A stretch of 64,000 bases of DNA from Amphiscolops sp. MND2022 (GCA_964187785.1 OZ076409.1:23872001-23936000); one strand, 5' to 3'. Positions 37,903 through 49,204 are shown, counted from the stretch's first letter. The notes: generated by a model from the sequence alone, not told the origin. Made by a program: numbers and translations.

Positions 37903-40900
37903 TGTATGCATATGCTCATACACCATTAGATGAAGAAACAATTAAACTTACAGGATTTTCATCCGGTGACAAATTATACGCCTTTATCCGTGGATTTTAC
38001 GGATTAAAAGGACTTCCAAACTTTTTCACAAAACAAATGTCAACTTTCTTTAGATCACTTATAGACAAACGTTCTGCGTTAGTTTATATAGATGATATTC
38101 TATTACTCGCAAATGAAAAACAAGAAATGTTTGAACTTATAAAAGAATTACATACAATAGCATCTCGAGAAAATCTCAAACTTGCACCTGAAAAATCGTT
38201 CTACATGTTACTCAAAGTAAAATTCCTTGGACATGAAATTGGTAACAACACAATTAAACCAATTCCATCCAAAATTGAAGCTATTGAAGGAATCCCATCA
38301 CCAAAAGAAAAGAAAGATGTTATGCAATTTCTTGGCAGTGATAACTTTTATTCAAAATTCATTGAAAAACTTCATATAAACCTTAAACCATTGTATACAT
38401 TACTACATGATGATGTTAAATTTCAATGGACACCTGAATTAGAAAAACTATTTCAAAATGTTAAAAACGCAATGACAGCAGACACTGAATTAACAATACC
38501 CAACACCACGCATCCATTTTTAATAACAGTAGATGCTTCGTTAGTAGGTTTAGGCGCAGTCTTATTCCAAATGAACGAAGAAAATAAGATGAAAGTAATC
38601 TCTTATAACTCCAGAATTCTCAATACACAAGAAAAAAAACTTTCAACTTTAGACAGAGAACTTCTTGCAATAGTTTACGCATTACAAATATATGAATTTT
38701 TGATCATTGGATCTCCTCATCCTATATATCTCTTCACAGATCACAAGCCTTTACTACATTGTTTCGCAAAGAAAGGAAATCTTAGTCCTAGATTCTATAG
38801 AGCACAAATGCAATTAACCAAATTTTCCAAATTAAAAATCATTCATACCCCTGGAAAAAACTTAACTGTAGCCGATATGCTTTCAAGAACCTTTACAAAA
38901 GAACAACTACAAGTACACCAATTACGACACAAACAATTACCACCTCAAATAGATTTCTCTATCATGAAAGATAATCAACTCAAACCAGTACATTATTTAG
39001 TAAAACATGAAGAAATAAAATATAATCAAAAGAATGATTGTCATCCTATCCTTGCTGACTACGGAGACGACCAATTCTCCATCCGTATAAATAACAAAGG
39101 AAAAGATATACATATAAAGCCTTTAGATTCCTTCTCTTTTCAATCTATTGTTCCATTCGAATCAAAATATAAAAAGCCTACAAAAAAACAAGCAAAATCT
39201 CTTTTACAACAATCGACAATTTTTAATGATACTGACATTCTTAGTGATGAAGATGAAATAACACCATCAAATAATATCCAACAACAAAACTCGAACATAG
39301 TAAAAGAATACACCCTTGCTATACAATATCCTACCAAATCTGACTATTGTACACAACAAGTTCCATTTTTTGATCCATCCTTTTTCAAATACAAAAAATA
39401 TTTTAATTACTTCTTCCTACCAGAAGATACACAAATAACCATTGAAACAATAAAAACTCAACAAAATCAAGATACTGTTTTACAAAAGGTTTACCAATGG
39501 ATACTTAATAATGAAAGACCCTTACAAAAAGACCCAACAATTGCAGCTAACTCTTTCTTATTAGTATATTACAAACTCTTCAACCAATTATATATTAATC
39601 ATGATACAAAAATTATTCACATAGATTATGCTAATCTTCACGATTCCAACCCGAATCAAAGAGACAAAATATGTCTACCATTTAAACTTTTCCACACAGC
39701 TGTTAACAAACTTCATGCTCATGGACATTCAGGAATAAAAATATCCATCAAAGCTTTCAACCAATTTTACTTCATACCGTACCTGAATAAATGGATGTCA
39801 ATATTCATCCATGATTGCATTGAATGCCAACAAAATAAACATATTAACCAAAAATTACAAACTGCATCTATACAAACCTTCTCAGAAAATGCTTCATATT
39901 TTAATTACCGAATATCAATGGATACAAAAGGACCTATAAACCCACCATCAAATCAAAATTCATACATTCACGTTATAGTAGACGCTTTTAGTCACTTTGT
40001 AGTAACAGTACCTATAAAACAAAATAATGCTCAAAACGCTGTTAACTCATTACTACATCATTGGATAACAAAATTTGGACCTCCTGTATACCTAGTTACC
40101 GACCGTGGAACAGAATATATTAATTCAGAATTTGCAAATCTTTGTACCACAATGGGAATTAGACATTCACCAAGAACTCCTTATGCACCATGGACAAATG
40201 GTTTAGTTGAAAATCAAAACAGAAATCTTGGAACTCATCTCAGACTTTTCTTACGTAACACTCCAGAAAATTGTTCAACTCAAGTCCATATGTATGCTTA
40301 TGCACATAATTCACAACCATTTTCTGAATTAAACTTATCTCCATATGAAATAGTATTCCATACTATACCCAGAATTCCAATCAACTTTGAACTCAATCTC
40401 CAAAGAGATACATATAGAAATTGTACTTCTCAATATTGTCAAGAATTACCACTTCATACACACTATGACAAATCAAATCTAAATCCTTTCTTTCATAAAA
40501 TTTTATCTAAACCAATTCCACAATGGATCTTAGCTACTGAAATTGCTATGATACAGATATACCATACGGTATATGAAAACACAAAAAGAAAGATTAATTC
40601 CTATGCTTATTTTAACAAAACATATCACAATCCAAGACCCTTAGATATTGGTACATTTGTACTAAAAAGAAATTTTCTTCATGTTCATTTTTCCGATAAA
40701 TTAAAACCTCTCAGAATTGGCCCATTCAAAATTATTAACAAACTCTCCGATATAACATATGAAATTGTTAATCAAGATGGTTATACATCGCACATACATA
40801 GAAATCATTTAATTCCTTACTATCCAAAAGAACCAGTTATTTTCCCTTTCATACAACAATATAACCCTCATTTATTTAATGACTGTCATTCAAATACAAA

Positions 40901-41231
40901 CGATCAAATAATTAACTCTGATGAAGACAAATTTACAGACGAAGAACAATTTCCTTCCACAACATTTAATAAAGAAACGGATATACCATCCACGATTGAC
41001 TTGCAACCAGAACCATTTAACCAATATTCTTCATTTCCATATAAACAAAAAGAACAAATTCCTCAAAATACCTCCCTGGATAACCAATCAGATATTCATG
41101 ATTATGATAATTTTATTAATCCCCGAAGACACTCCTATAATAGATACAATTTCCGCCCACAACCAAGAAAAGACTACCGACTCTTCCTTGGTGAAAAGGA
41201 TATAATTTCACTTTCTCAAAAATCCTGCTGA
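37902..41231 (+). CDS. pol: Pol continuation: RT (YIDD), RNase H, integrase (HHCC, DDE, GPF)
   Basis: VYIDDILL; TVDASLVGLGAVL...RELLAIVYAL; HAHGHSG...CIECQ; MDTKGP, TDRGTEY, NGLVENQN; IGPFKI. Lies in the -1 frame relative to ORF1. Confidence 0.95.
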   Translation: MYAYAHTPLDEETIKLTGFSSGDKLYAFIRGFYGLKGLPNFFTKQMSTFFRSLIDKRSALVYIDDILLLANEKQEMFELIKELHTIASRENLKLAPEKSFYMLLKVKFLGHEIGNNTIKPIPSKIEAIEGIPSPKEKKDVMQFLGSDNFYSKFIEKLHINLKPLYTLLHDDVKFQWTPELEKLFQNVKNAMTADTELTIPNTTHPFLITVDASLVGLGAVLFQMNEENKMKVISYNSRILNTQEKKLSTLDRELLAIVYALQIYEFLIIGSPHPIYLFTDHKPLLHCFAKKGNLSPRFYRAQMQLTKFSKLKIIHTPGKNLTVADMLSRTFTKEQLQVHQLRHKQLPPQIDFSIMKDNQLKPVHYLVKHEEIKYNQKNDCHPILADYGDDQFSIRINNKGKDIHIKPLDSFSFQSIVPFESKYKKPTKKQAKSLLQQSTIFNDTDILSDEDEITPSNNIQQQNSNIVKEYTLAIQYPTKSDYCTQQVPFFDPSFFKYKKYFNYFFLPEDTQITIETIKTQQNQDTVLQKVYQWILNNERPLQKDPTIAANSFLLVYYKLFNQLYINHDTKIIHIDYANLHDSNPNQRDKICLPFKLFHTAVNKLHAHGHSGIKISIKAFNQFYFIPYLNKWMSIFIHDCIECQQNKHINQKLQTASIQTFSENASYFNYRISMDTKGPINPPSNQNSYIHVIVDAFSHFVVTVPIKQNNAQNAVNSLLHHWITKFGPPVYLVTDRGTEYINSEFANLCTTMGIRHSPRTPYAPWTNGLVENQNRNLGTHLRLFLRNTPENCSTQVHMYAYAHNSQPFSELNLSPYEIVFHTIPRIPINFELNLQRDTYRNCTSQYCQELPLHTHYDKSNLNPFFHKILSKPIPQWILATEIAMIQIYHTVYENTKRKINSYAYFNKTYHNPRPLDIGTFVLKRNFLHVHFSDKLKPLRIGPFKIINKLSDITYEIVNQDGYTSHIHRNHLIPYYPKEPVIFPFIQQYNPHLFNDCHSNTNDQIINSDEDKFTDEEQFPSTTFNKETDIPSTIDLQPEPFNQYSSFPYKQKEQIPQNTSLDNQSDIHDYDNFINPRRHSYNRYNFRPQPRKDYRLFLGEKDIISLSQKSC

Positions 41232-41415
41232 AATACGGAATACAGAAAGAAATACACACAAAAAAAGTTTGAAAGAAAGAAAAAGTTTGAAGCTTAATGC
41301 GAAAATAAATGAAATATTTTTCACGAATGAGAATAAAAGAAAGAAATCCTAATTGATATAAAACTATAACTATTTTACAAGCTGAAACTAACTATCATAA
41401 CGCAACGATTTCAAA

Positions 41416-42872
41416 ATTGATAGACATATTCACTCACCATCATCAACTACAAATAACTCTTCTTCTAGTTCAACACATTCACTCCAAAGATTACCTGAAT
41501 ATACAGCATATTTAAACTCAGATACAGACATACTGGATTCCTCATCCTCAAATCCCAGTCCATCCGCTCCATATACTCCTGATAGAGTACCAACAACACC
41601 CACTAATACACCTATATCCCAAACTCAACCACAAATATAAACAACTCAATCACAACCTATTTCACGAAATCTAACTTTTTTAGAAACAAATTCACCACTT
41701 TCTGACTCTAATGATGAAACACCTACAATATCAAATACACAAGATACTTCAGATATTTTGAATAGACCTCCTCTTCCACCGATTACTACCACTCGTTCTA
41801 TTCATATCCCTGATCCTAGCTCAGTCCTACAATACATAAATTCTTGTCCACACAAAGTACCAACTGCAACGAAAACAAAAAGAAAAACTCCTTTACCTAC
41901 ATTATCACAAAATCTTGATTTACCATCATCAAGTAATATCCCAATAACATTTTTACCAGAACCTTCATTAAAATCACCAACGAAAAAATCACAACAATAC
42001 CCAACTCCTTCACCATCGGTACTAAGTTCCTTCACATTTTCTCAAATATATCCCAAGCTTGAATTACAACGTGTACATTCAACAACTACCTCTTCATTAA
42101 CAGATTTATATCATAAAGATAAAGACTCTGACTCAACTGCTAGTACTAGAGTACCAAGACATAATTATAACCTTCGATCTCAACCACAAAGAGATTCTCA
42201 AGAATTACAATCCTTAACTAGTTCAAGTACAAACTCAAGACTACTTCGACAACACGCCCAACCCAGATTGGACACTTCTTCTCTTTCCTCATCTCAGCCC
42301 ACTATACCATATTCTCTATCACTACCATTTCAAATCACATCAGGATTTGAAACAGCCTCTCTTCTTTCTGAAGAGCCAGCAACTATATCAGATAGCGCAG
42401 CTAATTTTTCACGAGTTTACTCACCTAGTTCAATAGCATCAAACTCCTCTATACAATTACCTGAATTTTTTTTAGAAGAATTCTCAAGACCTCCATCGCC
42501 AAATCCTCACGAATATCCTATTCGTGTTAACTCAAAAATTGTTCGCACGCTTAACGAAGATCCTCGATACACGGTATTACCTGCAAGATTTATAAACAAT
42601 AGTTCACTCTCAACTCAAAAAAAAAACAAAGAGAAATACGAAGATTACAAGAACAACAACTCACATTAAAATTTGAAGTAGAAGTCACATTCAACTCGTT
42701 AGGACCTCATCCATTCTCTCTTTCAACAAGAGTAGCACATAAAACAACCCCATCACCATTCATTGTTACCTCCATTTCCTACCTTTGTGACGCAGATTTA
42801 CCTGAGATTAGAACAGGACATATAAACTTTTTTAATCCCTACTCAGGACTCAATTATAGATCAATATTTTAA
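41416..42872 (+). pseudogene. Accessory ORF3 (~485 aa reconstructed): Ser/Thr/Pro-rich N-part with PSAP and YNLR motifs plus ~120-aa globular C-part
   Basis: The 41758-42669 frame extends back to an ATT in start context (tcaaaATTg) with one TAA at 41638. A frameshift in the A-run at ~42620 continues QREIRRLQ...NYRSIF* to 42872, 2 nt before the env ATG. Confidence 0.7.
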
Positions 42873-42874
42873 CC

Positions 42875-45456
42875 ATGAACCAAATCACCTTTACCTTTCA
42901 TTTAATATATATAATACAAGTTGTTAAATACACGTATATAATAAATATAGTTCACTCTTTAGTTCACCCTTCAACTGTTCCCAAAGTTGACACCACCAAT
43001 TCCGAAAATCATATTTCAGACCAAGATCCTAACATTTTAAACTTAATGGTATCTCATTATGATTGTGCAAAACAAAATAACTTAAGACAATTCAGTTTAT
43101 TAAATGTAGAACCATGTAAACAAGCACCCTCAGATATACAACACACAAAAACCCAAGCAACAGTTTACGTTAGAGCAAAAGCCAAAAGAATAAAAGCCTT
43201 TAAATGTGAAGCATATATAAAGACTGAGAAAGTCTGGTGTTCACAAACATTCACATCTAGTAGACGATATGATCGTTTACAATGGGGACAAAACACATTA
43301 GAACTTCCAAAAATATTGGACCCTATTGAATGCAAAAATATGATCAGATATTTAAACGCGACTGATAGCGAAGAATTAAACAACTACAATATACAAAGCT
43401 CTTTCTCATTGTTCGACAATAGTAATTATCAAAACACAATTGAACGAATTCAGACACCATTTAGAGTAAAAAAATTAAATACATGGCATATTGGAACCTT
43501 CGTATTTGACGAAAATTATCCTGAATGGATAGTTAATGTTACACAAAATACATACTCTAGATGTCGATCAGACCGCGAACATTTAATTACCCGACAAAGT
43601 TGGAAACTTAGAATTGTTAACACCGCAATAGATTATGACGATAAAAACAATCAATTAATACATGACGGACACATATTACCATGTTATCATTCAGACGGAT
43701 TTTGTAAACCATCGACCAAAACTCCATATACATTAACACGGTTTGATGAAAAATTTTGCCTCATATTTCAACTTCAAGAATTCATTGGTAGAATGACACG
43801 AATCAAAGATAGATATTGGATAGAAACCGATACCTTCATTGAAACTTCAAACATCACACAAAAACTTCAAACCGAAGGAATACAAGGAAGAATATACCCT
43901 AATATAAAAACACCACAATCAAAAGTAAGCAACCCAAGCCTTTCTCGATTTGAAATATACCCAATTGCACAAACCTTCTGTGGAAAACCTGAACCATTAT
44001 TTTCAACACAATAAGATGACATCTTTGTTACGTACTTAGATGGTTTTGATATGAACACAGGATTACCAAAACCACACTCAATAATTGACCAAACAATTAG
44101 TGGAAATATAAAATATGATGATTCAAACAAAAGGTATATATTCCCTGCATTGAATATATCAAACAATTTCGCCACTTTAGACTATGATGCCCACATTAAT
44201 ACAAAGATTGATTTCACAATAAATCATGTATTTAAATCCATGACAGTACAAGAACTAAACACTCTTCATACAATATGTGAACTAGAAAGAACTCAACTGT
44301 TAACAATACTAGCAATGTCAGTTAAAAATCCCCAATTAGCCGGTTTTCTTTTAACTGGAAATCGTAGTAACTTTCTCTACGTTGAAGGATCTACAGCATG
44401 GCTGTATGATTGCCCTTATTTTATATCACCACTATACAAGGCAGATAAATGCTTTGATAGAATTCCTATACACTACAGAGAAACGATAATGTATGTTGAC
44501 CCAATAACAAGACAAACTTTTAACAACGCAACACCAATTGAATGTGGAAATAACCCACAAAATATAATAGAATTAGATCCAGATTCCAACGACGGAGATT
44601 TTTATGTGTTAACACCAGAACCACTCAAACGAGAAGCACCACAAATGTTTAAACCTACCCAAATTAAAACAACAATCACTCCTAATACATTTACCGCCCA
44701 AGATGCCGGTATATACTCAAATGCAGAATTAGATCAATTCTGGAATAGAGTATTATTTGCTAAACATTCAGACACAACTCTCCAATTACTTGGAAAATCA
44801 TTAAGCTATGATTTCATTTCAATGCATAATGAAAAACACTCATACTCAGGACATAATCCCTATAATCATTTAAGGATTGGAGTACATGACCACTTGTTAA
44901 ATCTTTTACCACTTTTTAACCCTGACTGGTTCAGTCAAGCATTCATTAATTTCTTTGGATACCCATGTTATGTTTTAACCCAATGTGGAATTTATTTTTC
45001 AACATTCCTTTTCATTAGAGAAGCTTTAACATTTTTACTCAAATTCTACAGAACAATTAGCATAAAATATAATCTCCAAAGCAACATTTCCATTTTGAGT
45101 TCAATAGCCCATGGATTTTTTAATATAGTTACATCGGAAATGGTAACCGATTTAAATAATACAGGAAAACAAAAACGGATATATACTAAACACAAAATTA
45201 CAACAAGTGAAAATGATAATATCCTATTACCGGAAAAAGAATTAAACAATAAACGAAGACAAGACACTCTGATACTGACTCCCCTTATTTACCTCCTAAA
45301 TATTCCAGTAAGAACTCAACATTTCAATATCCGCAAAAGACACTCCCAACTAATGTAAACGATATTAATTCTCAGGACTATGACCCAATAATGTCAAATG
45401 TAATAGCTGTACCGGAAAGTCCTGCTAAAGTCTTTATAAAATTCAATCCCTCCTAG
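42875..45456 (+). pseudogene. env: Envelope glycoprotein, class III fusion protein-like (herpes gB / chuvirus G type)
   Basis: Hydrophobic N-terminus; YDC...FSLLNVEPC, C-x10-C; ICELERTQLLTILAMSVKNPQLAGFLLTG...GSTAWLYDC; C-terminal TM at ~44942-45040. ORFs 42875-44014 and 44051-45358 are one frame broken by a single TAA; a tail frameshift near 45260 leads to the stop at 45456. Confidence 0.85.
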
Positions 45457-45876
45457 CTGAAAAGCAATAACAAAAAAAAACAAATTAACCTCAAGAAAAG
45501 TTCACAAAATTATCAACCACATTCTTCTCAGTTTCAACTTTCATTCACACCCAAATTCTCACTCGGACCGGTCTCTCCTTTTCTACTCAACTCAACTCTC
45601 AACCAGAAGACTTCAACTGCTGGATTTTCAGTCCATCTAAACAACCGAAATCACAGAAGTTTATATTCCTGGAATAGATGCCACTGTGATTGTTGATGTT
45701 TTCAACCCATCATTGACCCAGTATTCCCATATTGTAAGTACAATTTAAACTTTAATTTTAACAAACAATTTAATGGATAGAAAAGACATAACAAAATTTT
45801 TCCTTAGTATTAGAAATAATGTAATCAAATGTTATAATTATTATTTTAGCTCTACAAAAACACGCAAGTTTAAATA

Positions 45877-47155
45877 ATGGAATCCTTGCCCGAAATTCTA
45901 ATCCCTCTGAATTGCTTGCAACCCCTTTGAATATAACTATTCAACAAAATGTTAACGAAGACAATAACTCTTCCTCCAACTCTCAAGACCCTATAGAAAA
46001 TATCCCTATTGAACAAGTAGATCATGTTAACACAAGATCTCAAAAATAAAAGTACCCAGATATAACCGCAGATAAAACTTTTATGGAATCTGGCGCTTGC
46101 CCTCCTTTCATAAAACCAATTAAACAAGATGAAGATAGAGATTGTGCTTTAGTTCCTATTCTCTCGTCGAAACAATTCACATTTCAATCTCAGTTAACTT
46201 CGTTATACATGATTCCAACAAAATACAAATTCATCATCAGAGAATTTAAAAATGATTATCATACATCAATTGCTTCAAAATTGATTACCCCATATGATTG
46301 GTGGTTAAACAATAAAGTGAAAATTTTCTCACTTCAATACAACTTCCTCAGACCATCTCCGTATGATCTTCGAACAGAAGAAAATGATGCAAATTTTTTG
46401 CCATATCAAATCAAAAAGGCCCACCATATGACTTATCAAAAGTTCCTTCAATATAAAGAGCCCGATAATTATATATTCTCGACTCCAAATATACATCGCC
46501 ATTCACTTTCAACTCAGAATATTTAATAGATCATACCAAAACAAAAGGAAAACTTAGAAATTATGACCCGCTGAAACAAAGTTTTCTCTTCCTTCCAAAT
46601 GATAACCCAAAAAGACCAATCATTGTTCCACAAGAATACCTCATTCTAAATGACGATTCGTTACTACAAGAAGATATACCTCAACATATATCTGATCCTC
46701 TTCCTCCACTTCAACAAATAGCCTCTCAACCATTGGGAGACTGTGAAAAGTCTTATTTCCACGCAATGATCAAAAAGGGATATTCAAATAATGAATTAAT
46801 TTTCATTATTTCCCACCTGCTTTCACTTCTTACAAATGGAAATCACAAAGAATATAAAAAGACAAAACAAGAATCGCCTAAGAAAACCAAAAATGATATT
46901 CCTCAACCACAAAGTTTTCGCCCAACAGATGAATTACAGAAATATACAGAAATTCTGAATATCATAAAACCGTATCATCATCCAAACCGAGATATTCTTA
47001 TAACAATCGCTGAAATCGTAAATACCCTTGAACAAGCTCGAAGCATAATACAAAATATCGTATTTGATACGACAAGAATTAGCCAATCAGCTTTGTGCAT
47101 TCGCACATCCTTAGACGAATTCAACTACACTATTGAACAAATGCATCGATCTTAA
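45877..47155 (+). pseudogene. Accessory ORF5 (~425 aa reconstructed), unknown function
   Basis: ATG at 45877, then fragments 46083-46526 and 46733-47155, joined through two frameshifts and one stop; same A/C-rich codon bias as gag-pol. Confidence 0.55.
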
Positions 47156-47676
47156 CTGCTAATTATGGGATAATAGCTTTAAAGTTGTTAACACTTATCA
47201 CTTAATCTCTTAACAACCTGTCAAAATTAATTGAATCTACACGCATATGCCTGCTATGCATGATTCTAATACATGCTTGATATTAAAATACACTTTTAAA
47301 ATGAAATAACATAAAAATTTCAATCACGACATAAAAATTTTCAACGAAATTCTTCAATTGCTCCTCCTTTTAATGGACCGATTTCAACAAATAAGTACTT
47401 ATATGAAAGATATTTAAATACCCTTCAAAAGACTTTCAAAATACAACAACTTAATTCTTAAAATTAAAAAGTTATAACATCACAAAATTCAATAAAAAAA
47501 TGTCAACTACGAAATTCTATTTTCAAAGGAACTTTATTGTAAACAAACTAATCTATTTTAGGTGAATATCGTCACAACTGCTTCTTCAGCATTCCTTCCT
47601 CCTCTCAGGTCACCCATTCAAGAAGAATTCCGAAGTATCTTCTACAGCTTTCAACGAAATTTTCTCATTCTTCAAT

Positions 47677-48153
47677 ATGACAACTATCCACTCTGGCGAC
47701 ATTGACTGCCCGATAGCTCCTTTTCTTTCAATCTCTTCAGCTCGATTGCGATCCTTGATCCTGAAAAAGCATTTAACGACATTAAATGCGCAGCTTCGAA
47801 CAGAAAAAAAGGCAGACCCACATCTTACAAGGATGATATTGCTTAATATGTTCCAAATATTCCAAATAACAAGAATAAATTTCGACCAATGTCTCCATAT
47901 TCATAAACATCCTGACACTTATTTAACTCGAAAGGATGCCACTACCCAAACAGGACATACCACCATCAAACCCAAGCGTTTAATACGAACTCTATCCAAT
48001 AGAATGCGTTCCGAAATGGAAAAACAACGTCTAAATTCGTATTGGCCCTCAGATGACAATGATGACACTGACGAAGACCTTCAAAAAGATCCCCCAGAAG
48101 CACTTATAGATGATAATTACCCACACAAAACATATACTTACGTTTCCTTCTAA
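47677..48153 (+). CDS. Accessory ORF6, 158 aa, unknown function
   Basis: Intact ATG-to-stop ORF inside the provirus, downstream of a branch/acceptor-like ctaatctattttag at 47548-47561. Confidence 0.45.
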   Translation: MTTIHSGDIDCPIAPFLSISSARLRSLILKKHLTTLNAQLRTEKKADPHLTRMILLNMFQIFQITRINFDQCLHIHKHPDTYLTRKDATTQTGHTTIKPKRLIRTLSNRMRSEMEKQRLNSYWPSDDNDDTDEDLQKDPPEALIDDNYPHKTYTYVSF

Positions 48154-49188
48154 TATCAACAGACGCCACCAACAGCACCCGTCTACTCCCATCTTCGAAT
48201 TCCACATCTTCAACGAGCAACAGATCAGCACCCATCTTCAACTTCACCGCCGCCCAACAGTTGCCCACCTTCATTCATCTGCTGGCCCTTCTTCTTCCAT
48301 CTTCCAATCGTCCATCGTCACCCACATGCTCAGCCAAAGATGATCGATGAATAATAATAAAGAAAACTCAAAGAAAAACATTGTGCATGATAACATTTCG
48401 AAAAAGTTTCAAACTCATCTAATACGTAGAATTCAAACTCTCATCTAAATTATTCATTATGTAGTTATTATTTCAAATTTCATCCCCACCCACATTTATT
48501 TGCCCAAAAATTTTTATTCACACCTGTACCGATATTTATTTGCTTTATTTTTAAAGAATAATTAGTAATAAGTATTATTTTTCGGTGCTATCCTACCCAA
48601 CAAAAAATTCACAATTATTGTCAACAAATCTTTTCAAATTTCAACAAAACCAGCTCCAAATCAGATCAAGCACATTGTTCAGATCAAATTCGAATAATGA
48701 CAGACCCAAGTTCTCAATGTTTTCAACATTTGTTACATAACAAACCCGCCAAAGTTAATTACAACCTGAAATCTTTTCAAACGTATTTCACGTTCGAAAA
48801 AAATTTTTTCTCAACAATATTATTTCTTTGACTCTTTGACCTCTAACTCCTATGATGTTTGCTCACGTTTGTTCAATGCGAAGTTCATTCAAAACTTCAA
48901 CAGAAGCATAAAATTGAGCATCTACCAGTTCAAAAAACAAGCCGACGAAAGCATAGTGAAAAAGAACACTTTGACGCTTTTGAACTGTAGTCGCACCTAC
49001 GAGGTGTCAATCAAAATTTTGACAAATTCGAGGTACACCAATGAGTCGAACTTACACCACTTTTAACGAGACTTATGCCAATCATCCATCAAATGAAAAA
49101 TGTTAACTAGCTGAAACGCTAAGAACATTTAAACAAAAAATTTTTCTTCATTTCAATTAATGATGCTACTTTAAAATTTTCTTTTATT

Positions 49189-49204
49189 TAAAAACCGGGA
49201 TGGA
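49189..49204 (+). promoter_or_regulatory. Polypurine tract
   Basis: AAAAACCGGGATGGA immediately before the 3' LTR. Confidence 0.6.

Noticed and set aside
44012..44014. Two separate genes, or programmed readthrough in env
   Set aside because: The frame is the same on both sides with continuous ectodomain sequence (TQ*DDIF); a Tyr-to-stop point mutation is simpler.
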